A stretch of 63,915 bases of DNA, filler included. It is 9 parts of 9 records of this genome, joined end to end, with 100 filler letters (N's around TTAATTAATTAA, not from the genome) between each part and the next. Parts side by side here need not be neighbours in the genome. Positions count along the whole stretch, not along the records: positions 42,734 to 51,549 come from SRR7504441_6342; positions 51,650 to 55,576 come from SRR7504441_6343; positions 55,677 to 63,915 come from SRR7504441_6344; 6 more parts are not named here. One strand, written 5' to 3'. Below, piece by piece: positions 45,701 to 56,207 of the stretch. Every line of letters begins with the position of its first letter. Within the stretch, counting starts at the first letter, position 1. The notes under the pieces were generated by a model, which was given only the letters and a program-made list of their open reading frames with translations, made no database searches and was not told where the DNA came from. The position numbers and the translations under genes were made by a program.

Positions 45701-48700
45701 CTGAGTGTTGGGTTGGGTGCCAGCAATCTTGGGTGTGTCGACCAGCACTGGATTGGTCCTCATCAGCTTGTTAGTGGAAGGGGCAAGCACCGAGACAACT
45801 GATCCAAACTGAATGGGTACTTCTCCGGTCTGAAGCACCGAACATTCTAGAATGAGCTTGCTCACCAGCATGTATCCTGAAGTTTTGACTAAAGGCAGTG
45901 ACAGCCGAGCGCGCCGCTCCAGGCCACGTCTGAACAGGACCCCTGCAGCTACCACAGGAGCTTGAGGTTTTGTTGCTTTCTTGCCCTTGAATGAGATCTG
46001 GTATTGGCTGGATTGCCCACTGATATCGAACACAGTAAGGTCAGCAGCTGCAGTGCCAGAAGGATCCTGCCAAATTTCGAATCTCACATCACACCTGGCG
46101 TCAGTCTCAAGCACAGCTTTGAATTCCATCCATGTCAACTTGTCGCCAGCTGCAGCGCTACGTGCATATCCATCGTGCAGCTGCCATGTTCCATGCCACT
46201 CTGTGAGCGCTGCGTCATTGAAAGAGACCTCCACAATTTCCTTCACCCCTGGCGGCTCCTGATCACACCTGGATTCAGCAAACAACTGGATGGACTGGTC
46301 AATCCGCCGCTTAGACGCGCCCTGGCTGGCCAGAAGTACACAACTGGTTGGAGTTTGTCCAATTTGAGGAGTGAAGTCAAAGCAGCTGCACCAGTGCATC
46401 TCACGACACCGATTTTCACACATGTCAAGCGATGCTGGGGCCAGCTTGATAGAGTTGCCCGGAGAGCACTGTTTAGAGATAAGCATTTCAACTTGGTGTG
46501 CTGGGAGTGCACGGTGCCATACTCCAAGATTTGCAACGCACCCGTCAAATCGCAAGCCAGCATGCTTGTTAGCAGGTGCTGCCCCTATTCGAAGGGCGCC
46601 AGTAGCATCCCAGCTAGTGGCACTAGGATTGCCTTCAACTGTGGCCATATCAAGGGGCTCACCATTGGCATATACAGAGATCTGGCTGGTCTGCAGGTTT
46701 ATCACTAGCACAATATTGACCCACTCACTGCGAGTTACCACTCCTTTCTTGGTTGAGTCTGCATAGTCAGTTGGTGAGGTCATCAGTCGCAGTCCACCAC
46801 TGGGTGTCACAAGTAGCGCACTTGAGCCAGATGTGTCCAGCACACACATGTTGCTGGTCCATTGCTTCTCTGATGGTCGAATCCATACTGAGACAGTGGC
46901 TGATTCAGTGAAATGCCCTTGGCCTAGCCCCAACCAGCTTCCTTCTTTTGTTAGACACATTGCTCGACTGTTCTGCCAAGGCCCTGACCCTATGCTCCAG
47001 TCTCCTTTGGCAATTATCTGTGCCTGCTGCTTGGAGACATCTGTAGTGTCCTCGTCAAGTGGGAAGAAGCCAGCTAGAGCTTTGTGCAAGTCATCAACAT
47101 TGCATGATGCTGCCTGTGCTTGCACTGATTGCTTAGGCTCGGTTTTGGGCTCGAAAGGCTTGGTCGTGCTTGCACTTGGTTTGGCTTGTACTGGCAAGGC
47201 AATGCCTTGCAATGTTTCTTCTTTTGGTACAGGTGTATCTGTTGACCTTGGCTGTGCTGCTGTAGCTTGAGGCTCCTGCTCATTGGGTGGAAAGAATTGC
47301 TTCAGGGTAGGCTGTTCCGCATCCTGGAGCAGCCTGCGGGCCACCCCTGTCTGTGGACAAAGTTCAGGCCCTGAGATGACTCCAACCCTATCTACCTTCA
47401 CTATGCTGCCCCGCAGAAGCGAACACTGCTGGGACTTGACAACATAGCTGAAGACCTCACACTGGGGTAAGGCACGGCACAAGGTTTGGCAAGCGGCTGC
47501 GTCATGGACTGGGTCATTTGATGGAGGCGATGCTGGATTTCCAGCTTCGTACGCTGTGTCTGTTTGGAAGCAATCAGTTGAGAACCCTAGCTGCTGCGGC
47601 GCCTTACATGCCTTGGACAGCTTGGCCGAGAAGAGCTCCAGAATTGTCTGCTCCGACGCTTTTACGCCTACTGTCACCTGAGTGCATGTGGCTGTGAACT
47701 CAGCCTGCACAGTCCTCCGGGCTGCTGAGAGCTTGTACGCATCTGTGTTGCCAAGCAGCAGCTGCTCGCCTGATTCAGAGTCTTGCACAGTTAGCTCAGC
47801 CTCGCCCAACGCGATTCCTTCAATACGGAGCACATAGACAGCACCCAGCTCAACCACAATGCCAGACTGGGCCACAGAGCCTCCTGAGAGCTTGAGCTCG
47901 CCGGAGTTGAATCGCCTAAGCGTGCCCTCAGTCGAGCTCTTGACCCAGCGGTCCAAGGTGCTGATGATCAGTGGGTGATGGCATTCAGCTGTGTTGAACA
48001 CAGCCGGTGAAGCCACTTCCGTCACCGGCTTGAAGCATTTTTTCGAGTCAGCAGCTTCGCCTAACGCTCGCACTGGTGACACAAACAGGCTGGAGAGTAG
48101 GTTGCGTCCACACCGGTCGGCCCACTTGCTCATTGAACTGTCAGTGCTAAACTTCTGGTCTGAGAAGCGGCACTGCTTGCTCACCCTCTGTGCATCCAAC
48201 GAGAGCTCGTCATAGCTGCATACAATGTGATCTGACCGGAGAGCCGAACGCTTGAACCCAAGCAACTTGAATCCATTGGCCTCGCATACTTCGCTTTCGG
48301 GCGTAAAGAATCGGATCTGCCACAGTGTGGTGCTCTGCGCCCCAAAGTTGCTCAAAACTCGTAGCCTGAGGTATCTGCTTCGCACAGTGAACCCTGAAAA
48401 CTCTTTATACGTCCAAGAGCTGCGCGAATAGCCTTGCGAGAAGCGCTTGACCAGTTCCCAGTCTGGGCTGTCCAGCTTGAGAGCTGAATCGAGCTCAAAA
48501 TCGTTCATGGCCACCACAGGCACGGGCCTTGGGCCTGGTATCTCGGCCCTTGGTGTGTAGAGCCCCAGCTTTGTCACAATCTTGACTTTGCCCAGGTCGA
48601 ACGCCATCCATCCGTCCACCGACCGGAACACAAACGAACCGCTATATCCACTCATCACATTCCTGCAGCTCGCCTCCTTCAAGAAAGTGGCGCCACCGTC

Positions 48701-50625
48701 GTCTTTGCAGCGCTCACCGGCGGTCCAGGCCCCAAGCGGATGCACCCTCCACCGGAGCGCCTTGTCCAGCTCGTCAACCAGCACAAGCTCGTGCTTCTGG
48801 CTCGCCTTGGACCGGTCCTGCATTCCGAGCCAGCGCCCGTCGCTCTGCAGCATGAGCTCGTCCTGTCTCTGGCCCGATTGCACTAGTTGCCATGCGGCTG
48901 CACGCTCTCTTGTGGGGTCCAGCCCAGCCCCAGACAGCTCAACCACACCGGAGCTGGTGTTTGTGGTCACCCAGGTCCCGCACTTGCGGTCTATCTGGTT
49001 GCATCGCCAGCGTGACTCGATATACACACTCGATGGTTGGCCAGCCACACCATGCAGCTGCCAGGGAACCGCCAGGCTGCCCGGTCGGAACACTGCCCCG
49101 GAGCCTTTCCGGCTGGATCCCGGATAGGCCTTAAGCCGGTCTCCGCTGAAGCTCATCCATTGGCCTGGACAGAGCCCACTGTCCGGCTCGACGCAGCCGT
49201 TCCTGCTTTCAAGCAATACGAGCCTCCCGTCGATGGGTGTCTGCCACATGCCCTGATCTCGGTCCTGCCGACTGGGGTTGCTCCCGGCGGTCCGGTCTAA
49301 GACGAGTTGCTCTCTCAGGATGCCTGGGGAGAGGCTGGCGGGCTGGCGGGTGAGCAACCGGCCTCGGGCCCATACCGTGCCATTGGTGGCCACCACCAGC
49401 CGCGGCTCCAGCCCGCGCCACAGCGCGAAGCTGCCCGACCGGTCCACTCCTGCAGTCCATTGGCCCAGTCGCCGCCAGAGCAAAGCTCCGCGTAGCCCCG
49501 GGGCCGGGTGGCTCGTGTCGGTGGAGAGGAAGCCACTGGCCCCGGGGCCGTGTGCCCACACTCGGCCGTCCGCGCCGTTTACGAACCAGAGGCAACGGCC
49601 CTGCCGCCATAGTCCGAAGTGTCCGTTTGTGCTCTCGCCCACATGCCAGCTGCCCACAGCCACAGTTCCTGAGCTGTGCGGTTCCCCCGCCTGCTCTGGA
49701 CCTGCCGGCTCCGAGACCGACAGATAGCCACGTGACCCGGCGGCCCAAGTCGCCCCGTCCGTGCGCACAAAGAACTGGCTCCACTCACCAGTGAACCAAC
49801 TAAAGTGTCCATCGACTGTCTCTCCCATCTCCCATCGCACCGGAGGGCTGCGCGCCTGCGAGGCCGCCAGTGGTGCGGCCGGTTGGGCCAGCAGCACTGG
49901 AACGGCCAGTGGGACGTGCGCACCCGTCGGTGTGTCTGGCCAGGCCAAGAACCCCTGGCCCCCAAGTGGTCAGCCTGGAATGCCTATCCTCCCACCTTGC
50001 GTAGGGCACACCAGAGACGGCCTTCGGGCGTGAGCGCCAAGAGCGGTCGAGATCCGTGCCAGACCACCCACAGCCCGGCCGACGATTGGCCCACCCGCCA
50101 AGTCTCGTCGACACGCGCCACCGCCACCGCCGAGCCCACCTCCAGCTTGGGCACCGGTTCGGCGCTCGGCACCCAGCCTTCGCTGCGCCCGCCCGGGTAA
50201 GTGAAGCCCAGCCCGGTCATACCGCCAGATCCCGCGCCGCTGGGTGACGCACAGCTGCGCCCGCCCCGCCGCCCACAAGCAGAACTCACCGGTGGTCGAT
50301 CCTGCCAGCCGCCACCGCCCGGCCCGAAACCGTCCAATCGGCGACCCGAGCTGCGCCGCCTTGCTGACCGGCCGTTCTGACGGCTCCAGTGCCAATCGCA
50401 GCTGTTGCCCCCGGGGTGAGCCCACAGCCCCTGGCAGCGCGTCACCTGCCCATTGAGGTAGACGCCGAACCGGCCGTCGATACTCTGGCCGGCGCTCCAC
50501 TGGCCGCGCGCGACCCGGGGTCGCGGACTGGCCGCGCCGAGCTCGACCACCCGGACCACTGGGTCGGCCCAAGCCGCCGCTGTTGCCAGGAGGACCAGCC
50601 CCGCCACAAGCCGTCTGGCCCTCAT
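42734..50625 (-). CDS. Giant secreted mosaic protein (more than 2550 aa, 3' truncated): Trp-rich repeats, beta-trefoil-like, F5/8C discoidin, PAN/apple, LamG, repeated beta-sandwich modules, coiled coil
   Basis: Signal peptide MRARRLVAGLVLLATAAAWA. Introns at 50402-50445, 50183-50222 and 49955-49995 join into the 2420-aa ORF. Discoidin WMAFDLG..SRYLRLRVLSNFG; apple ACQTLCRALPQCEVFSY; LamG TVSVWIRP..WVNIVLV..VYANG..FDG.VANLGVWHRAL. Confidence 0.85.
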
Positions 50626-51357
50626 GGAGACAAACCGATCATTTAGCAGCTGCCCTCGCCATTTCTCCCAACGGGCTCTTATTATTATTTCAAGCGCGTG
50701 GTCCGTTAAAATTGCTCGGAGCGAGCAGTACGAACCGATGCTTGGCTGCACCTGGTCCGGCCCGGCCCAGCCCCAGCGGGAAGCCCACTCTCACGCCACC
50801 TGAGAGCTTATGTCGCGGAACCCTGTGCACTCGCGCAAGGAGGTGCCGCGGTCCGGCCGGATGAACTTGATGAGTTGGGAGGATGCGCCTCTCGCCAACG
50901 CGCTCGAGTCACGCGCATGCCATGCACCAACCGGCTCCGGCACGCGGCGCGCCCCTACGCAGAGGCCACCGGGTGCTCCGGAGCATGTGGTCGTCTCTCA
51001 TGTGGACGGCCAGGTCTGGGCTGCACCGCCGCCGCTGCCGGGCCGGTTCCCGTGCCTTGGATCTTGTACCGATCCAGAATTAAAGAAGCCGACTTCCTCG
51101 TCAGCAATGCCAGGATGACAGACCGCCGCCCCAAAACCGAGGTGGGCTCGGATCTGATAGGATCTGAATGTGCCTAATAAATTCAGTACGGCGTCCCGAG
51201 GTCATCAATACAAAAAATTATTTAACATGTATATTAATAACGATCATTACAAATCAATTGAAACAATTTGAGCATCGTTTTAAGCGTTATCCAGTACGGT
51301 GAAGCATCAGAGAGCTTCCCAACCTGGAGCAACGCGACCGGCTGAGCTTAGGCTGAG

Positions 51358-51549
51358 CTACCTGAACATCATGAAGCCACGAGCAAACTCATCTTTCGCC
51401 TCATGACTCACCAAAAACTTGGTCCCAAACTCGGCGGCGGGCAGCTGTGTTCTCATTTGATCAAGCTCAGCCGCCGGTCCCACCACTGCCAAGCTCAGCC
51501 CGCCGTCGCCCACAATCTTGAGCGCGTGTTTGAGCTCGGCATCCACCTC
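51358..51549 (-). CDS. C-terminal fragment of a hypothetical protein
   Basis: Frame open from the contig edge to a stop, followed by an AT-rich spacer. No family assigned. Confidence 0.4.
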   Translation of the reverse strand, partial: EVDAELKHALKIVGDGGLSLAVVGPAAELDQMRTQLPAAEFGTKFLVSHEAKDEFARGFMMFR

Positions 51550-51649
51550 NNNNNNNNNNNNNNNNNNNNNNNNNNNNNNNNNNNNNNNNNNNNTTAATTA
51601 ATTAANNNNNNNNNNNNNNNNNNNNNNNNNNNNNNNNNNNNNNNNNNNN
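51550..51649. other. Artificial contig linker
   Basis: N run + TTAATTAATTAA + N run. Confidence 0.99.
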
Positions 51650-51877
51650 CTGACTCCCGCCGCACTCCTTGCACTGGCTACGTCGCCGGCCGTGGGGACA
51701 GAATGTGCTTCGCTTCGATGCCGGCCTGGAGCCCGCCATCGACTCGTCCCCCACCGTGGTGGTGGTGGGCACGGGCGGCGATGACTCGACCACCACCGGG
51801 GTGGCGCCGCCCGGGGTCCGCGGGAGGTTGTTGGTATTGATCTGGACTCCCGGGGTTGGATTGGTGCAGTCGGTCAT
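51650..51877 (-). CDS. N-terminus of a CxHGRxRxxCKECGG-repeat (putative zinc-binding) protein, truncated
   Basis: FCPHGRRRSQCKECGGSQ immediately before the contig end. Confidence 0.75.
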
Positions 51878-52101
51878 GTGCGCCGCTGCCTGCGGCTGAC
51901 GTCAGCATCATGCTGGTGCTGTGCGGATCTCCACGCGGTAATTGCCGATAATTGCCGTTGCCTCAGAGTACGGTACTAGAATGGGATCATAGGGAGATCT
52001 CACATAAAGGGATCAAACAAGCACACGTCACAGGTGCGATTCACGTGAGCGCGCGTTTTAGGTACATGTACTGTTAATTTTTGTAGGTACCGAGTTATCT
52101 T

Positions 52102-55100
52102 TTAATTAAAACCGCGTCGCGGCCGACGTACCGGAGAGCTTCCCCTGCGATCCGCCGTGCTGATCCGTGCATTTTCCCATGCAAGCTCCTGGTCCTTAAC
52201 CACTGCCTTCTCCCACGCAAGCGTCGCCGCTGCCTCTTGCTCATGCTTCCGGGTGCGGATTTCGGCCGGGGTTAGATCGTTGGGGGCTCGTGCATGACCC
52301 CGTGCGAGGATTGGCTCAGGAGTTAAATCTCTGGGGGGCCTTGTTGCTGTGGTCAGGATGTGAATCTTAGTTGTCTTCCGCTCGTGCCTGTGGACCACAA
52401 GAGGCTCAAGCGACGGCGGCTCCTCTCGGGAGTGGACATCATCAAGCCTGTTCTGCAGTACACCCAGCCTGCACCAAGCAATGGTTAAGGACGAGCAGAA
52501 GTTGAGATGCTTACTTGGCCTTGTGCAGAGGTTCATTCGAATTGAGATCATTGTGCAACGAAGTCAAAGCGCGTTCCTTATGCAGTTCAGCAATCTCCTT
52601 TTCGAGCGCTTTAATTATTCTCTGGTACCACGATCTGCAGCCAGCCTTGATTCCCTGCCCAGCCACTGAGCCCGAACCAACACAAAGCTCACCAGCTGTC
52701 CCCGGGCCCAGTCGATTTGCTCTCGCAGTCTGGAGACGATCATGGCATGATCTCCCTCAAGATCCAGTGGCGCGCTGTGCTCTGGCTGCTGGGGCAGTTT
52801 GGCACTAGATGAGCTGCTCACAGGCTTGCTGACGTTGGCATTCTCAAGTTGTTGCTTGAGCTCAGCTGCCTGATCCTCCAGCGCAGCCATCTGCTCATAG
52901 GCCCCCTCTATGGTTTTGCGTGCAGACGCCCGAATCTCGGCGCAGGCCTCCTCGTGTTGGCTACGGGCGACCGCCAGCTCGTGCTGCAATGCAGCTATCT
53001 GGTCGCTAGAGTCCTGGCCTGATGGCCGTGCCTGGTCACTGGCCGCCGCAGCAGCACTCTCTGATGTTGGTAGCTTCAAGGCAGGAACTCGCCGCCTCGC
53101 TTCGGCTGCCGAGTTTGCTTTGGCAGCTGAGCTTGCCTTAACAGCCGGATTGGCCTCGTTGGCACGGCCCAAGTCGGCTTTCATGGAGGCCAATTGGCGC
53201 TCGAGGTCCCGAGTGTAGTCAGATTTGGGTGCATCTGGAGCTGGCTTGGCTGACAGGGCCTGCACAAGCATCAGCGCACAAGCAGCTGCTAGTGCTCGCC
53301 TGTTTTGACGCCGCCAACTCTCCCTTCAAAGAGACGACCTGTTGTTCAAGCCTTGTGATTGTGTCGGATTGGTCGTTGGACACAGCGTTCGTTGGCTGAG
53401 ACGGCTTGGGCGCGCGACGGCCGGCTGGAGGTGGGGAATGCTCTCCAGATCTGGCCCTGGACAGGTCGGTGCGCAGCTGCAGGTTCTGAGTCTGAAGCTC
53501 ACACAGCATCCGATGCATCTTGGGGTCCGCCTGCCCGAACCTAAGCCTCTCCAATAACCGGCTACGCACCGATCCCGCGCTTTTGGCCGCTTCTAGCTGT
53601 TTCTTAAGCGAGGCAAGCGCACTCTCTAGCTGCTGCACCTTGGCAGACTCGCCTGCTGGCACAGGCGCCGATCCCACGTCACTAGTCACCCGCTGACACC
53701 CAGTCAGCTGGCACCGCGCGTGCCACACCTTGCTGGCCTGCTTGTGCCCGAGCTGCTGCTTGAGTGTGGAGTTTTCGCATAGCATGCGCTGGAGCTTCTC
53801 GTGGGCTCGCACGTCCACTCCGGCCGCCCCTGCCTGAACCTCCAGCCGGCTGTTGGCTTCATCAAGCTGAGCCTGCAGCTCAGTGACTTGCTCCTCAAGC
53901 CCTGTTTCGTCCCGTTCTCTCACTGGCTCCTGCCTCAAGCTCAGCCACCAGGCGCTGATGATAGTATTAATGCGCACCGGGCTTGGGCCTTGCTTCAGCA
54001 GCTTGTTCTCTGTATCCAGCTTCCTGATGGTCCGCTCCAGCTTGGCGATCTCTGCATCACGCGACTGCAGACCGTGCGCCACCACCCGCTGACCTCCCGA
54101 CCCGCCCCGCTGTCCTGCTGAGCCCGCATCCCCGGTGGGCTCCGCCGCCGCAGCGAGCTCAACCTTCAGCATCCGCACTTGCGCCTCGAGCCGAGAAACC
54201 TCGGCTGGTGATCCAGCTCCAGGCTTGGCTTCAAGCTTAGATTTAAGCCTAAAGTTCTCCGTGTCCAGGAACCGAATTGTCGACAGCGCCGTGTCAATGT
54301 CCAATTCCTTTCCCGGCCGGACCGTCGGCCGCTTGGCCGGCACATCCACGAGCTGCTGCCTCAGCGCGGACAGTTCAGCTGCCTGCACCGCCAGCACTTG
54401 TTCTGCCTCGCCCTGCCCTCCAGTCAGCCGGGCCGCAGCACAGCCACACACCAACTGCTGATCAAGCTCCCGATTCAGCGTGTCCAGTTCCACCACCCGG
54501 CCGTCCTGGCCATCCCCCGCTCTTGCCTGGCCCTCCACTCGCCGGGCAGGCCACGAGCCGCCGACCTGTGCTCCTTTCAGCTGCTCACGGAGAGCTGAGT
54601 TCTCCTCGTCCAGCCTCCGTATTGTGCGCTCTAGCTTCTCCACGACCACATCCAACGGCTCCGATTGCTCAGCACCAGGCGGCTGCTGGGTCTCTGCGGC
54701 CTGCCGGAGCTCTTCGAGCTCCGCTTCCAGCCAGAGCTTTTCGCTCTCGAGTTGCTGCCCAGTGTCTCGCAGCACAGGCCGAGCAGCACCTGCATGTGTG
54801 CCTCCATGTCCCTGCAGCTCGAGGCCAGCTGGTCCCCCCGGGCCTTGAACACCTGGCCCAGGCTGGCCGCCTGCCCGGCCGGTCGGGCCCGCCTGGAGCT
54901 GTCCATGCATCTCCTTGAGCTGCGCTTTGTGCTCAGCAGACAGGCGAGGCCGGCCTCGGCCCGCCGATGGCTGCCCCGCAGGCGTATCCTGGCCCGAATC
55001 GCCCCGCACAGGTGCCCCCGCACCGCCGACGAGGTTGGTTCAGCTGGCGCCGGGCTCTCAGCTGCCCTTGCCCGCAGTGTGGCCAGTGCCGACGACTCGG

Positions 55101-55379
55101 TGAGCCCGGCATATTCAGCGAGCTCCTCGTCGCAGTCCTGCTCGGTCCACTGGTGCAGCTTGCTCTTAGGGGCCTCGCTCGCCTCGCCTGCCAGCAGGCT
55201 CGGACGGGCCAGAGCTGTGGGCACCGGTCGGGGATCCGAATCCGGGTATGGAGCGCACCGCTCTGACCGCTTCGGGCCACAGGTCCGGGTCCTGGCCGGG
55301 GGTGTGGCCGCTGCCTAGGCCAGCGCGGCACCTCCTGGGCTGGCGGCGCGGACACCTCCTGCTGGACCTTGCGCACCAT
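52102..55379 (-). CDS. Long multi-exon coiled-coil protein with repeated (L/I)R.LD.EN..LK motif
   Basis: Many ~35-46-nt introns, including GC-AG at 54853-54892, link heptad-rich exons. Repeats TIRRLDEENSALR, TIRFLDTENFRLK and TIRKLDTENKLLK. The 5' exon structure is uncertain. Confidence 0.7.
54853..54892 (-). other. 40-nt GC-AG intron
   Basis: CAG|gcgggc...gggccag|GTG. Switches to the helical frame VFKARGDQLASSCRDMEAHMQ. Confidence 0.6.
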
Positions 55380-55459
55380 GTGCCGACACACACGCAGGGA
55401 CCAGGCAAACGAATCAAAGGCCTCTGCCGTTGGCCAGCGAACAGCCGTGAGCGAACAGC

Positions 55460-55576
55460 ATGCTCGGCTACTGTGAGGAGGAGTATGATGAGAAGCTGGG
55501 CTACGTTGTCATGGACAACGGGTCCAGCATGATGAAGAGCGGTCTGTCCGGGGAGGACGCCCCCAAGGTTACCTTC
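55460..55576 (+). CDS. Actin-family protein (divergent actin/ARP), N-terminal fragment missing from the ORF track
   Basis: MLGYCEEEYDEKLGYVVMDNGSSMMKSGLSGEDAPKVTF matches the actin phosphate-1 motif DNGSGxxKAGxAGDDAP. Cut by the contig end. Confidence 0.9.
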
Positions 55577-55676
55577 NNNNNNNNNNNNNNNNNNNNNNNN
55601 NNNNNNNNNNNNNNNNNNNNTTAATTAATTAANNNNNNNNNNNNNNNNNNNNNNNNNNNNNNNNNNNNNNNNNNNN
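55577..55676. other. Artificial contig linker
   Basis: N run + TTAATTAATTAA + N run. Confidence 0.99.
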
Positions 55677-56207
55677 AATTTCCAAGCTGCCGAGATTGAA
55701 GTCTTTGAGTTGATAAATCAGATCTGACAATCATGTACGTTAAATCGTGCTTACAACCGGTGCGCCAACGGTCCGTCGGCGACTCGGTAGCTTTGCTACC
55801 GTATGTGTATGCCCCAGCCCTATCCCAGCCCTAGCCCCCAACATGCGAGTTTTAATCTGTCAACAAAGCGAACACAATCAGGTATGCACGATGCAATGGC
55901 TCCGAATAGTTCAATCGTTGCCTTTTATAACAAACGTTCTAAAACCTCCCTGGAGTGTGGCACAAAGCTACCCCTCATGTTCTCACGATCTCCAATATCA
56001 CCTTCTAGACTCCATGGTGCATGTACTTAACATGTACTACGTACCACCGGAGGAGATTCGACGGATCCCGGCGGATTCGCATTTCACATTTGCAACTTAA
56101 GTTTTATGAATGAACATTCATTAAACATTCATGGGACTAATCATGGATTTTAATCGCACACCGAATCCACCATCGTGAATTAAATAAGTCGAGATCGCAG
56201 GGCTACT

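Noticed and set aside
50738-51177. Small + strand gene divergent from the giant secreted protein
   Set aside because: Position and composition suggest a gene, but I could not derive a consistent exon structure or any motif.
8649-55676. Eight identical TTAATTAATTAA elements flanked by N runs, as a repeat family or regulatory motif
   Set aside because: These are artificial six-frame-stop linkers between contigs. ORFs running into X residues and gene neighbourhoods across them are not biological.
55677-56200. ORFs 55747-56100 and 55803-56030
   Set aside because: AT-richer spacer-like sequence with no motif or codon-bias support.
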